Below are positions 13,770 to 27,462 of a stretch of 64,000 nt of DNA, piece by piece (position 1 is the first letter of the stretch; every line of letters begins with the position of its first letter). The translations under genes were made by a program, and so were the position numbers. This DNA comes from Eledone cirrhosa. Taxonomy: Eukaryota. Below the pieces are notes generated by a model. It worked only from the letters and a program-made list of their open reading frames with translations, searched no databases and had not been told where the DNA came from. The stretch covers positions 264,368,001-264,432,000 of the forward strand of contig OZ024743.1 of the NCBI GenBank assembly GCA_964016885.1. Direction: 5' to 3'.

Positions 13770-13855
13770 CATGTATATATGTATATATATATATATGTAT
13801 GTATGTATATATATCTATATATCTATATCTATATGTGTGTGTGTGTATATATATT

Positions 13856-13921
<66 letters not shown>

Positions 13922-13922
13922 C
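13505..13922. repeat. Long compound (CA)n/(TA)n/(TATATT) microsatellite
   Basis: Direct inspection. It generates the spurious YIYI ORFs. Confidence 0.95.
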
Positions 13923-14431
13923 ACACAGAGTAACACATATTCATACATGTATGTGTGGTTGTGCATATGTGAACACAATTACGTTTATATACACACATAC
14001 ATCAACACAGAGACATATAAATGCATATTCTCTCTTATCGCTACATTCACTACAATGTTTCATTTCATATGTAATATATGTATTTATTTAGGTTTTAATC
14101 TTCTAATTAATTGCATATTGAACAACAGTCTTTCCGCTCCTTGCTTCAAACGATCGAAATTACTGGTTCTAAAACGACGATAATTTCCAATTCTATTTGG
14201 TATTATTAGTATATCATTAATTACTTTTACGTATATTACTTTTAAATACAACATATTTCGTTAGACATTACTCTCTCTATCTCTTTCAATCTATCATACT
14301 TTCTATTTTCCTTTCTACCGCGCTCTCCTTCGATCTTTGTAATTCACATTTATTCTCGCTGTATATGTATAAGTAGTTTTAGTATCTATAATGATGGTTG
14401 ATTCAGTAGTAGTAGTAGTAAGAGCAGCAGC

Positions 14432-14492
<61 letters not shown>

Positions 14493-14600
14493 ATATTAGC
14501 TATAGATGTCTGCGAAACAGAAGATTTTAAAATAAAAAAGAAGCTTAAAATAACAAGTTTGGTGCGCATGCCTATGCATGTATATATATAAGAATGTGTG

Positions 14601-14636
<36 letters not shown>

Positions 14637-15007
14637 CACACATTCTTATATATTTCTGTCTTTCTATACATGTATTAAATTAATGAATCTCTGTCGCGTT
14701 CGAAGATGAATATTAAGCTGTTGAATAAACTGATCACCTACAAATAGATTCATAAGTATTCGAACATCACGAGTTCATTTGAGAAAGTAATCGGGCAATA
14801 CTAAATCTGGCTCTATGAGACAGCTGAACCTTTGAATAGCATGTAAACGTTGGTCTTGAGTTCTACACAGCTTTAGTTTAACCAGTTACATTCATTCGTA
14901 TATCCTTGTCCAAGCAGCTGTACCCTGCGAAGATCAGGAGTACTGAGGGAAATACTAAGCCAGTTTGCTACACTTAGCTATGAATGTGTACGTGTATATA
15001 ACTCACA

Positions 15008-15165
15008 TAGGCGGCGAATTGGCAGAGTCGTTTGAACGTCGGATAGAATGCTTCATGGTATTGGATCCAACTCCCTGCTCTTTCAATTCAAATCCCACCG
15101 CGGTCAGCTTACCCTTTCATCCTTTCGAGGTCGATTAAAAAATTCCAGTCTAGTACTGGGGTGGA
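15008..15165 (+). mobile_element. tRNA-derived SINE (diverged)
   Basis: ggcggcgaattggcagagtcg head, ttcaaatccc B-box remnant, tttcatcctttcgaggtcgat core. Confidence 0.65.
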
Positions 15166-15381
15166 TTCTTCCTCTGTGTCTCTTTTGCATTTCCTCCCTC
15201 TCAATTTCTATCTCTCTCTGGAAGAAATCTGCTATAGTCTGGCCTGGAGCGGGATGAGCTCCGCCAGGCTTTAAAATGCCCAAGAAACGCAATACGTCAG
15301 TACGGCGCCCCTATTATTCGTACCTTCTATCACCAGTTATGGGACCATAATACATGCATACATACATTTAACACACACACA

Positions 15382-15433
<52 letters not shown>

Positions 15434-15891
15434 CACACACCCACAGATAGAAAGAAAGATGCATGTATATAATATTTTTGGTTACGTACATACAACACAC
15501 ACACCCACTTGTCTAAATATTTCTGGTGACTCTATAGTTATTTCGATTAACTTTTACTTTTTATATAAAAAGTTGTTTTATCATGCAGCGATATAAACAT
15601 TTCCATCTGTTTGTTTGTATTTTTACTGAAGTATATATTTTTTATTGATTTGCGTTCCTATTATTATGGTGTAATATTCATTTAAATAGAATCGTCGCAG
15701 ATATATCTTTTCGTTTGTAAGTTTTGCTCTATTTTACAGGATTTGATTTGCATTTGTGCATACAATTACATATATTTAAGTAAAATTAAGCGTAGGCTGT
15801 GTGCATTAATGCAGCTTTATCCAATGTGTTCTATATATATATGTATATATACATTTATATATATATATATATATATATGTAAGTGTGTATA

Positions 15892-16925
15892 TCTATATAT
15901 ATAAAGCTGTGGTTGTCTGTCTGTCTATCGATGGCACACATCTCCTCTTAGAATCTCTGACGGAATTGCACCGGAATTGCTATACTTGTACCTTGAGCCC
16001 TAGCGAAGACATCGGAAACAAATATTTCAAATTGACCCACCCTATGTGACGAAATCGAATCTAATGTATCGATTTTTGAGCGTAAGTGACAAGTTATTTC
16101 CCTTTGTTCTGTTTACATTGAGCGTCTTACGTAAAAAATTACGCTAGCTTTCTCAGCGTTTAAAATGACATTAACACAATACACGAACAGTTGTCGAGCC
16201 AGCAAAATATTGACCTGCAAAATTCATCAGTTCGGAAACTAAGCTTCCGTTTTGCTTCATTTCCATTTAAAAGCCTTTTAAAACAATATTTTTACTTGAA
16301 AACAAGTCTATTTAAAGACTACGTAAAACAAGCAAATATTTCGTAAAAAAAAGCAAAAATTATATAAGTTTATTTAAAATATATGTATCTGTAAATTTCG
16401 TTAGGCGTGCAGACAGACAGTCGTGCAGACAGACAGTCGTGCAGAGAGGTGATATAGGCGTGCAGACAGATAGTCGTGCAGAGAGGTGATATACGCATGC
16501 AGACAGACAGTCGTGCAGAAAGGTGATATAGGCGTGCAGACAGACAGTCGTGCAGAGAGGTGATATAGGCGTGCAGACATACAGTCGTGCAGAGAGGTGA
16601 TATAGGCGTGCAGACAGACATAACTGATAATTTGGTTACGCTAATGTTTTTCTCTGCGTTGCAGTGTTTACATTTTCGATCTTTGTTAATAAATAACCAG
16701 TGCAGTTTTTATCCCCAGCATCCTCTTTTGTTATAACATTCGGGTTATCGTTATGTTTTCTTAACTTCATAAGGCATATTGTTGGTTGAGGGAATATTAA
16801 TCAAAAACACCACATGCAAGTCTGCACAGTAGACACTACAGTTTTTAAGCCAAAAAAGAAACTTAACATTGTAGCTTTAACACAGCTACTGAGCGACCCC
16901 GAGCAACGCCGGGCTTTACTGCTAG
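15892..16925 (+). mobile_element. Non-autonomous Helitron
   Basis: Starts TCTATATATATAAAGCTG. Ends with the GC hairpin cccgagcaacgccggg followed by CTAG at 16922-16925. Inserted between A and T with no TSD. Confidence 0.8.
16404..16620. repeat. 37-bp minisatellite inside the Helitron
   Basis: Unit gatataggcgtgcagacagacagtcgtgcagagaggt starts at 16451, 16488, 16525, 16562 and 16599. Confidence 0.9.
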
Positions 16926-17136
16926 TTATCTATATAATTATACACATGAGTAATCAAATATCGTGTTACTTAAGAATAGCAGATTCCTGCTTCATGTGAA
17001 ATACAGGAATTTATATATTATTAATTATGTAGGTGATGAATGTATGTACGATTGTATATATATATATATATATATATTAGAAAGTGAGGTTTTTTTTTTA
17101 CAAAATGAAAAATAACCGAGGTGTCCTACACGAGTG

Positions 17137-17262
17137 AAAATATAAAGAAAAAGTGAAGCAATCGAAAATGCAACTGGAGTCTTATTTTTTTTTAAATATA
17201 TATATTTAAAAAAAAAATAAGATTTCAGTTGCATTTTCGATTGCATCACTTTTTCTTTATAT
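17137..17262. repeat. ~125-bp near-perfect palindrome centred on a (TA) run
   Basis: ataaagaaaaagtga.gcaatcgaaaatgcaactg pairs with cagttgcattttcgattgc.tcactttttctttat. Confidence 0.9.
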
Positions 17263-17277
17263 ATATATATATATATA

Positions 17278-17797
17278 GTTAAAAGAATAGAGGTCTAACA
17301 CACAAGTTATTATATATTGGTAAACGGAATAGAAAATGCTAACAAATTGTTCACAGTTGAAAAATGGTTTAATTAGGAATAAAAGAGTATTAGTGATTGT
17401 ATGGGTTAGTATTCAGTTGTGGTTTTAAGTTTTTAAGTTTTTACCGGTTGCGCATTTCTAAATGCTTTTCAAAAATAATTTTGAGATAGAGTGTCCGTGC
17501 TGTTTGCTCTGATCTGATTAGTTTTGGGAATTCTACCTGTTTTTATGTTAAAAAAGTGGCTCCAGCGTTATTTTTGTGTTGCAAAAATGCTTGTGGTCAA
17601 AACAATTTTGATTGGTCGGTAGAGGTAATGTGAATGTAAAAAGTTGATTTTGCGCCAAGACTGTTTTTATGTTAAAATGTTAAAAAAGTGGATCCAGCAA
17701 AAATTCTTGGTCAAAACAATTTTGATTGGTCGGTAGAGGTCATGTGGATAAAAAATTGGTTTTGCGCCAAGATTGAGAAATGACTCTTTCACAACAA

Positions 17798-17847
<50 letters not shown>

Positions 17848-17916
17848 TAGTAGTAGTAAGGTGTTCGATGCTGCGACAATGGCCAGCAGCGATGTGTGTC
17901 AGATGGCTATTAAGAT

Positions 17917-17968
<52 letters not shown>

Positions 17969-18095
17969 CAGAGCCATTCGAAGGTCAAACGATATTTTTC
18001 AGCTTTTGTCTTATACGGAGAAGTGCGTGCGTGTGTGTGTGTGTGTGTGTATAAGTCTCTTTGTATGTTGATGTACGCGTGTGTATGTGTTTGTG

Positions 18096-18172
<77 letters not shown>

Positions 18173-20153
18173 ACCAGTATTATTTTCCCCCTAGTAAAAT
18201 GGTGTACATTATTCGATTTTTTCAGTAAAATCGGTTCTCTTAATAGAACATCAAAAATCTTAACAATAAAAGGTGTGAAATGATATTCACTATATATATA
18301 TATACACACATACATATATTCACTACATATATATATACATATACATATATACATACATATATATGCACATATATTTTTTTGTAATGCACCATAGAGCATG
18401 TGTGTTTACGTGTGTCATTGTGTTTATATGTGGGTAGAGATGTGTGCTGATGTAGGTATGTATGTTGACGTGTGTATGTTGTGGGTTCGTCTTAGGGAGA
18501 AGTGTTTAGACGGGGTCCGTATTTGTTAATGAAGTAAGATTCCTTGCTGATGCGCTGGGTGTGGGTGGCATTATCTTTAAATTTGTAGAGGGGAAAGATT
18601 CTGAAGTTGGGATGATTGTGGGCGGCACAGGTATCAATGTGTTCACTCAGTGGTATTTTCTTGTATTCCCGTATTTTAATTTGGGATCTATGGACAGTCA
18701 TGCGTTGGCGGAGGCTGTTTTTGGTCTGGCCTATGTATTGTTCTCGACAACCTGAACAAGTTAATACATATATTAGATTTTCCGATGCACATGTGAAATT
18801 GTGTTTTACTATAAAACGTTGTCCATCTTTGAAATAGAATTCCTAACCCTCTATTAGGTTGATGCAAATGCCACAGTTGGGTCTATCGCATTTTTTTTAC
18901 TGTGGGTTTCGTTGTTGTGGTTGGCAGTACTTTGGCATGTGTTAAGATGTTTTTCATTGACTTGGATTGTATTTTGCTCTTTATGATATCGTGTGTTCGT
19001 AGAATTTGGTTCATTCTATGGTCCTTTTTCAATACAGGGATGTTCTGGAGGATGGTGTCAAAGGCCTCATTGTTGAGGGGGTTGTGTGTGGAGATGTATG
19101 GAAGAGCTTTTAGTTTTGGTTGATTTACTTTAGGGTGTCTAAGGTCCTGGGTACTGAGTTTTAGGGCACGTTGGATTCCATTGTCAATTAGTGATGCAGG
19201 GTAGTCCCTGCCTATGAGTGTGTCCTTTAGTTCTTGTAGCCGTAAGTAGCAGATGTTTTTATTGGAGACTATAGTACATATTCTCTTGGCTAAGTTGTAG
19301 GGAATATTAATTTTAACGTGTCTAGGGTGGCAAGAGTTGAAGGGGGGGGGTATTGCTTGGAGTCTGTGGGCTTGTAGTATATGTCTGTTTCTATTTTTTT
19401 GTTATGGATCTTAATGAGGATGTCGAGAAAGGGGAGTTGTTGATGGCTGTATTCCATCGTGAAGTTAATATTTGTGTTGAGCCCATTTATAAGGGTGTGA
19501 AATTCTTTAAGTTTTTCGATGTTTTCGTGCCAAAGGATGAAGCAGTCATCTAGATATCGTTTCCAGTTCCTTTCAACGTGTAAGTGGAGGGTGTTTCCAA
19601 ATTTGTTTAGGACTTTAGTGTAGAGGGTGATTTCCAGGTATCCCATGACTAGGTTGGCATAAGTAGGGGCTGTTTTCGTTCCCATAGCGGTCCCAGATTT
19701 CTGCCTGTAGGGTTTGTCATTGAAAACGAAGTAATTGTTCTCCAAGATAAATTTGAGTCCCTCTATCACGAATTCTTTTTTGATGCGTTGTGGGAGTTCA
19801 TTGTGGAAATTATCCAGCCAGAATTGGATAGCTTCTATTCCTAGATTGTGGGGGATGTTGGAGTATAGGTTGACTACATCGAACGTCACTAGTAGGGTTT
19901 GTTCAGAAAGTGGCATATTAGGGAGGTGATTGAGCATATCTAGGTCGTCCCTTATATAGCTTTTGATGTGCTTGAGGAAGGGTTTGAGAAGGGTATCAAT
20001 GAAGTTGCTAAGACGGTGCGTTTCGCAAGCGGGGCCTGCTATTATAGGTCTTCATTTGAGATCATTGGGTGAGGGGACATTGATGACTATGTCTGTGGCT
20101 TCCTTGCATGCCTTACTGATTGATTCGCTTTTATATACTTTAGGGATACCGTA
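17278..20153 (-). mobile_element. 5'-truncated Neptune-like Penelope element (RT, Cys-rich linker, GIY-YIG, 3' UTR)
   Basis: YGIPKVYKS, RPIIAGPACETH, FDVVNLYSNIP, GTAMGTKTAPTYANL, RYLDDCF, linker CDRPNCGIC, NLIYVLTCSGC..YIGQT. A few frameshifts and stops. Confidence 0.9.
19290..19937 (-). CDS. PLE reverse transcriptase core (fragment of a disrupted ORF)
   Basis: 215-aa ORF with RT motifs FDVVNLY, GTAMG and YLDD. Confidence 0.85.
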   Translation of the reverse strand: MLNHLPNMPLSEQTLLVTFDVVNLYSNIPHNLGIEAIQFWLDNFHNELPQRIKKEFVIEGLKFILENNYFVFNDKPYRQKSGTAMGTKTAPTYANLVMGYLEITLYTKVLNKFGNTLHLHVERNWKRYLDDCFILWHENIEKLKEFHTLINGLNTNINFTMEYSHQQLPFLDILIKIHNKKIETDIYYKPTDSKQYPPPSTLATLDTLKLIFPTT

Positions 20154-21148
20154 GACACCTAAAGTAAATCAACCGTAGACACCTAAAGTAAATCAACCAA
20201 AACTAAAAGCTCTTCCATACATCTCCACACACAACCCCCTCAACAATGAGGCCTTTGACACCATCCTCCAGAACATCCCTGTATTGAAAAAGGACCATAG
20301 AATGAACCAAATTCTACGAACACACGATATCATAAAGAGCAAAAGACAATCCAAGTCAATGAAAAACATCTTAACACATGCCAAAGTACTGCCAACCACA
20401 ACAACGAAACCCACAGTAAAAAATGCGATAGACCCAACTGTGGCATTTGCATCAACCTAATAGAGGGTTCGGAATTCTATTTCAAAGATGGACAACGTTT
20501 TATAGTAAAACACAATTTCACATGTGCATCGGAAAATCTAATATATGTATTAACTTGTTCAGGTTGTCGAGAACAATACATAGGCCAGACCAAAAATAGC
20601 CTCCGCCAACGCATGACTGTCCATAGATCCCAAATTAAAATACGGGAATACAGGAAAATACCACTGAGTGAACACATTGATATCTGTGCCGCCCAAAATC
20701 ATCCCAACTTCAGAATCTTTCCCCTCTACAAATTTAAAGATAATGCCACCCACACCCAGCGCATCAGCAAGCAATCTTACTTCATTAACAAATACGGACC
20801 CCGTCTAAACACTTCTCCCTAAGACGAACCCACAACATACACACGTCAACATACATACCTACATCAGCACACATCTCTACCCACATATAAACACAATGAC
20901 ACACGTAAACACACATGCTCTATGGTGCAATACAAAAAAATATATGTGCATATATATGTATGTATATATGTATATGTATATATATATATGTAGTGAATAT
21001 ATGTATGTGTGTATATATATATATAGTGAATATCATTTCACACCTTTTATTGTTAAGATGTTTGATGTTCTATTAAGAGAACCGATTTTACTGAAAAAAT
21101 CGAATAATGTACACCATTTTACTAGGGGGAAAATAATACTGGTCCACC

Positions 21149-21180
<32 letters not shown>

Positions 21181-21398
21181 CACAAACACATACACACGCG
21201 TACATCAACATACAAAGAGACTTATACACACACACACACACGCACTTCTCCGTATAAGACAAAAGCTGAAAAATAACTTTTGACCTTCGAATGACTCTGC
21301 TATATACACACACACACACACACACACTTATCTTAATAGCCATTTGACACACATCGCTGCTGGCCATTGTCGCAGCATCGAACACCTTACTACTACTA

Positions 21399-21432
<34 letters not shown>

Positions 21433-21912
21433 TTGTTGTGAAAGAGTCATTTCTCAATCTTGGCGCAAAACCAATTTTTTATTCACATGATCTCTACCGA
21501 CCAATCAAAATTGTTTTGACCAAGAATTTTTGCTGGAGCCACTTTTTTAACATTTTAACATAAAAACAGTCTTGGCGCAAAATCAACTTTTTACATTCAC
21601 ATTACCTCTACCGACCAATCAAAATTGTTTTGACCACAAGCATTTTTGCAACACAAAAATAACGCTGGAGCCACTTTTTTAACATAAAAACAGGTAGAAT
21701 TCCCAAAACTAATCAGATCAGAGCAAACAGCACGGACACTCTATCTCAAAATTATTTTTGAAAAGCATTTAGAAATGCGCAACCAGTAAAAACTTAAAAA
21801 CTTAAAACCACAACTGAATACTAACCCATACAATCACTAATACTCTTTTATTCCTAATTAAACCATTTTTCAACTGTGAACAATTTGTCAGCATTTTCTA
21901 TTCCGTTTACCA

Positions 21913-21920
<8 letters not shown>
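20154..21920 (+). mobile_element. Inverted ~1.75-kb duplicate of the 3' part (GIY-YIG and 3' UTR) of the adjacent Neptune-like element
   Basis: The ORFs at 20613-20822 and 18492-18701 are near-identical on opposite strands. Arms are ~17311-19142 and ~20172-21920. Confidence 0.92.
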
Positions 21921-21972
<52 letters not shown>

Positions 21973-21974
21973 AA

Positions 21975-22013
<39 letters not shown>

Positions 22014-22030
22014 TATATATATATATATAA

Positions 22031-22134
<104 letters not shown>

Positions 22135-22149
22135 AGTGTGTTTGTGTGT

Positions 22150-24240
22150 AAATTATCACGTTGTGTTTCGACATCTGATGGTTCAACTGTCCTCTCCGTT
22201 CATTTCTTGATGTTTATGATCGATGTAGGATGGATGGTTTGATCGGATGTTGGTGTTAGTTCTTAGATCACGAACATGAACAAGATGGGAGTTGTCAAAG
22301 TTCTTTGTAGACAGTTCTCTATTTTCTACGGTTCAGCAGCTGTGGTTTCAAAGAAGTAATAGTTATGTTCACAGACTTGAGATTGCTCATCGTTCTGTCT
22401 TTATATCTGCCTACATTACGGACTCCACTATCAAGTTCTCTGAATAAAGTAACTTGGGTGTGTAGTCCGCAATTAGCCGCAGGAAATTTATATAGGAAGT
22501 GCGTTAGAAATGATTCCATTCGACCAATGATGTATCCCGTGGACAGACCGACATTTGAGACTCTTTCAAAAAGTACATAACCACAGATAAAACGAAGATT
22601 ATGTTTGTGGAAGACAACAAGCTTATAAATGAGGGTGCGATATCGTATCAAGGTTCCGAATGGTATAAAAGCGTTGTCAGTACAAGTATATAATAAACTA
22701 TTACTTTCGTTTCAGGGATATACCTCTGACTCATCATAATCGATGATATAGTTTGCCAAAAGCATCACTTGCTTTGTTGACGTGATTGACAATCACATCA
22801 TGCAGGGATGCAGAGAGGGTTCAGCTTACTTCCAAGGTAAGTAACGGAGTTCACTTACTTGCCATCAACAGTGAATGGAACATGGGGATGCTCGTTCCAT
22901 GGCTGTCTCTGTGTAACATTTACTTGTCTGTGGGTGCTTGGTTTTGCTTGACGTACCAACTAAATCTTGATTGCTAAACCAAACACCTTACAAGGAAGCG
23001 AAAACCGGCTTCTCAATTCTTGTGCCACTTCGAGGGATATTGCAACAAGTGAAGTATTATGATCAAACAGTAAAGCTCAAATAACACAAGTTCGTGTAAG
23101 TAACTTTCGTGTTTTAGCCATAAAGTGCTGTTAGTTAGGAACCACACCTGATATGCGGAACTCAAATCTGACACTTGTGTCTAAATCACGAAATACATAG
23201 TGGATTAATACAGAGAATAACAAAGCAACGAGAACAGGCGCCATGACACAGCACTGCTTCATACTGTTTCTGACACCAAAGGTTTCAGATCATTCGTCAT
23301 TTGACATAATTCATGCTTTCATTCTCTTATGAAAAGACCTGATATCATTCAGCATATTGTCAGTTATGCCAAGCTCTTTGGGGAATTTCTAGAAAGCTTT
23401 GAGATTGTGAGTGTCCAAGCATTTGGTCAAATAGACAAAAACAATGAAACACTCCTGTTGCTTTCCATGAACGTACTCTGCAACCTAGCGAAAGGATAAT
23501 AACAATTCAATACTACCCCGAAATGTGTGGAAACCACATGTATCTTCAGGATATAAATCATTAACAATTCTGTATGTAATTCTGTTGGAATGACAAAGGC
23601 TAGTACCTTACCAGAAATACAAGGAAACGGATACCACGAAAATTGTCACAAATAGATATTCACTTTTGTTCTTGAAGAGATAGATTATGGATGCATCTCT
23701 GAAGACTTGAGGGATATTGTTCGACTTTCCAAATTTCTAAAAATAACAAAGGGATTGTACGAGCCATCTTTTGTCCACCATTTTTGAAAATTACAGGTGG
23801 GATGCCATCTTTACCAGGAGCTTCATTGGATAGGAGTTACTTGATAACGGATTGCACTTCATTCAAGCTTGGATTCACTTGAGTAGATGGTATTACATAT
23901 TTATCTACGTTATTTAACACAACATTTAGGATTTTGTTTGTCTTCTATCACGAGAGTGTCTGTGAATGGAGTCGTGCCATCAGAATTCGACCAGCTCTTC
24001 CCCGGATCTTACAGGACCTTCAGATCATTGTAAATTGTACTCGAATCCTTTTTATCAGCAGCTTCTTGTAGTTCAGCTGCTTTAACTGCCACCAGGCATC
24101 TTTCGTCTTTGTGAGGACAGTTCCTGCTATTTACGATCGGTATAATTACCTGATTGCTCACCATCAGAGTACACGAACAGTATAAATTGTTCATATTTTG
24201 TGCATGAACGGCCATCATCTGATGATCGGCACATTGTAGA
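22150..24240 (-). mobile_element. Degenerate RTE-clade LINE (RT region)
   Basis: Minus-strand KAPGKDGIPP, VFVYLTKCLD (cf. FxDLxKAFD), MKQCCVMAPVL (cf. GVKQGCVLAP), VTYLGS, VNKASDAFGKL. Confidence 0.75.
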
Positions 24241-25969
24241 GCTTCAGCTAAGAATTTCCTGTAATACTCTTTCCTTTATCCCGTCACATTTCTTTCTCAC
24301 CAGTGGTCTTTGTGTGAATGATGGGATATCAAATAGACAGAAATGGTCAGAGATGTCGAGTTACCTACTCAAGTGAATTGTTTATAGTGTTGATAGGAAC
24401 AGTGGTAACCTTCAGAAGAAAGGAGTAGTAATAATAGCTAAGCTTAACCCATAAATTAACAACATATTAGAACTCAGCACACAATATTTAACATGAAAGA
24501 GCACGCACGTAAGTGACACAAGGGCGAGCACACACACATAATAGCCAACTAAAACAGACAATTACAACTAGACGCAATATTTGATATAAGCACGTATGCC
24601 CAAAGCCTAAATGCATAACTCAATAGAGAATAGCTAACGTTTCCAAACAATTACAATTTGACACTAAACATTTTCATCAAAAACATTTCACAAAAACATA
24701 TAACGCAATGCTCTTATTACTTCCGGCAGCTATAAATAGACCACCATTTGCAAACAAAGAATTTAAGATGGCGTGCTTATAACTAGAAAAGCACAAAGCT
24801 TCGAAACAATTTTTATTATAATCTTCTGATGAAAGGATTTTGTTCTCAAAATTTTATGACAGATAAACAAAACAAATGTTGACATATATTATATTTTGTT
24901 TCCTTCACGATTCTTTACAAAATCAGCCTACCATTTGCATTGTCGCAGCATCCGAATGACATACTATTGTATACAATAATATAAAGCTTTAAACTACAAC
25001 AACTTTTATGTATATATATATATATATATAAATGAATGTATAGTATATTTGGCAATATACCGTATGTTTAATTAAAAACATTTAGAAGACCATTGGCTAT
25101 CAGTTTTAAAATAGTGACTATGTCAGTTACTTATTTTCGACCAAGGTAGGGAGAAAGGCTGACAGTCTGTTTCTAGCTGTTTGGCGTTTATCAATACCAC
25201 GCACTCCTCTGCCTTTGCCGAAAATTAAACATACGGTATATTGTATACATACATAGTTAGATTATATATATCTATACATATATTTAGATAGAGAGAGATA
25301 TATATACAGAGAGAGAGATAGGGTATATATCTATCTATACACACATATGTGTGTGTGTGTGTGTGTTTGTTTATGTGTACTATTTATATATTTGTTGTCT
25401 TATCTAGGCACATGTATTTAAATTTTGCTTACAATCTGACATTTAATATGTACCTACAACAGATAAATTTTAGTTTTTTCTTCTAAAGTATATATTCGAT
25501 ATACTAGTGTTACGTGAGAACATCAGTTGATTTTTAAACTAAATTTTGGTGAGTTGAAAAGTGAAAGTTCATTTATGAAATGACAACGCTTCAGACACCA
25601 ACGTACAAACACTCATACTCACACACAACGCACAAACATTGACTTTTAAAAAATCAGTTAAACATCACAGAGATATATCGGTAAAAGAAATTAACCTTAG
25701 CAAACATTTTCAAATTGAGAACGGTGGTACCATGTGTGTAACTGCATAAACTTGATGTAGTACAACACTCTGTATTTCTTAAATGTCAATATATATAGTG
25801 AAATTACATCTGAAAGGAAAAAAAACAATTACGACAATAGCTAATATTTTCATAATTCTGGTGTACTAAATGTTGCTAGAGAGAAATTGATTTCAAGATA
25901 TTTACTTAAATAAATATAATCAGTGTGAGATAATCGCATCGTTTACAAACACACACACACATACACACG

Positions 25970-26019
<50 letters not shown>

Positions 26020-26582
26020 GAATGAATGAAGATTAACACGGATAAGCTATATAATAGGCGTTTATTCCAAGCATTAACATATGTTTCATTGTCCAGTACG
26101 TAATTGATTGCGTCTTAAAACGCTATCTACAATCTTATTGTGAAATTTGATTTTAAATACTGCTTATACCAGGTAAATTAGCAAAACAATGATTTGAGAT
26201 TCAGCGGTACAACCTAGAAACTTCAAAATGAAAAACAAAATAAATAAACTTAGTGATTTACATGTCTGATGATAGCAAAACTGAACAATGACGTATACAA
26301 TGTATGTGAAGAATGAAAACAAAATTATTATTATAAATAACTGACACCATATAAGAGAGGAGAAGAGAAAAATAGAGGGTGGTATACTGAGAGAGATCTC
26401 GTATTCAATGTGGGTGTGTATTTAGATTGTCAGCTTCTCTTGCATCTGATTCGGTTAAGATTCGGTACAAATTACTCGTAAGCGATCCCTGGATAACCTC
26501 AAACGATACCTCATTTACTCTGATATATACATGACGTAGACATTACAATAAAATACAATACAATAGGCGGGAACATAAAAGT

Positions 26583-26624
26583 ACCACTGATGATGTTGCA
26601 GATGTGCAACTAAAGAACTTTGAT
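26583..26624 (+). ncRNA. Degenerate type I hammerhead (G12 mutated) in a solo pLTR remnant of the 33.6-36.4 kb family
   Basis: acca-CTGATGA-t-GTTGCA-gatg-TGCAAC-tAAA-gaac-tt-tgat. The family 3'-end motif atgaccctcccc..gtataacaatat follows at ~26790. Confidence 0.6.
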
Positions 26625-27379
26625 AGACTATATATATATATTTATATCTGTATTTTTAACCGTTGATCAATCAATGATAAACGTTGATTGCCAAATAAAT
26701 TAACTATGAAGATATAAAAGATACAGAAGCGAAAACCAACCAAATAGTGAGTGTGTTCTGTTATTATTTCTGGCAATATTATTACAGCAATATGACCCTC
26801 CCCAAGTATAACAATATTTGTTTCGACACACAATTTCATATCAAAAACTTGCAAAACAAATTATATATATATATATTAACGCGGATAAGCTATATATATA
26901 TTTATATACATACATGTATATATCTATGTATGTGTATATGAATTTGCGTCTGTATCACACTAGCAATGTTTGATGATGAATTTTATCGATATATATTCGT
27001 GAACGAAACTTAAACAAAGTTTTTAGACAGAACGTGTTGTTGTAAGTTTTAAAGGAAATCGCATAATGTTGCATAAGTTCGTGAGATGAATTGTACGAAA
27101 TACTGAAAAAGTTGTAGAATGACCTAAATGGACAAAAATGAATTATATTCTTAAATCATGATTGTAATAACTAGGATCTATATGCATATAACAACAAATA
27201 TTCTAAATATATCTACGTAAACCTACCCTGGAGAAAGGAAAATATCTATAATGGAATGTTCATCATTATCCTCTAAATCCCTTTCGATAATTCATGAGAA
27301 AATGTGCACTAATTTCTAGAGGGACGTCAAATATATTTAAGTAAATTCTTGGTTTTCTTAATTACTTCATATATATGCA

Positions 27380-27462
<83 letters not shown>

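Noticed and set aside
12805-14671. Long ORFs of YIYI, VCVC, HTHT, poly-T or poly-V type (also at 4167-4524, 17780-18399, 38210-38739, 48533-48842 and 50339-50659)
   Set aside because: They are translations of (TA)n, (TG)n, (TAG)n and similar microsatellites.
16404-16620. CRISPR-like array (37-bp periodicity)
   Set aside because: Contiguous tandem units without unique spacers, inside a Helitron in eukaryotic DNA.
24820-24868. Hammerhead-like CTGATGA motif (also CTGAGGA at 1221-1227 minus, and CTGAAGA at ~13450 minus, 56151 and 56376)
   Set aside because: GAAA, the cleavage triplet or stem I is missing. At best these are heavily decayed remnants.
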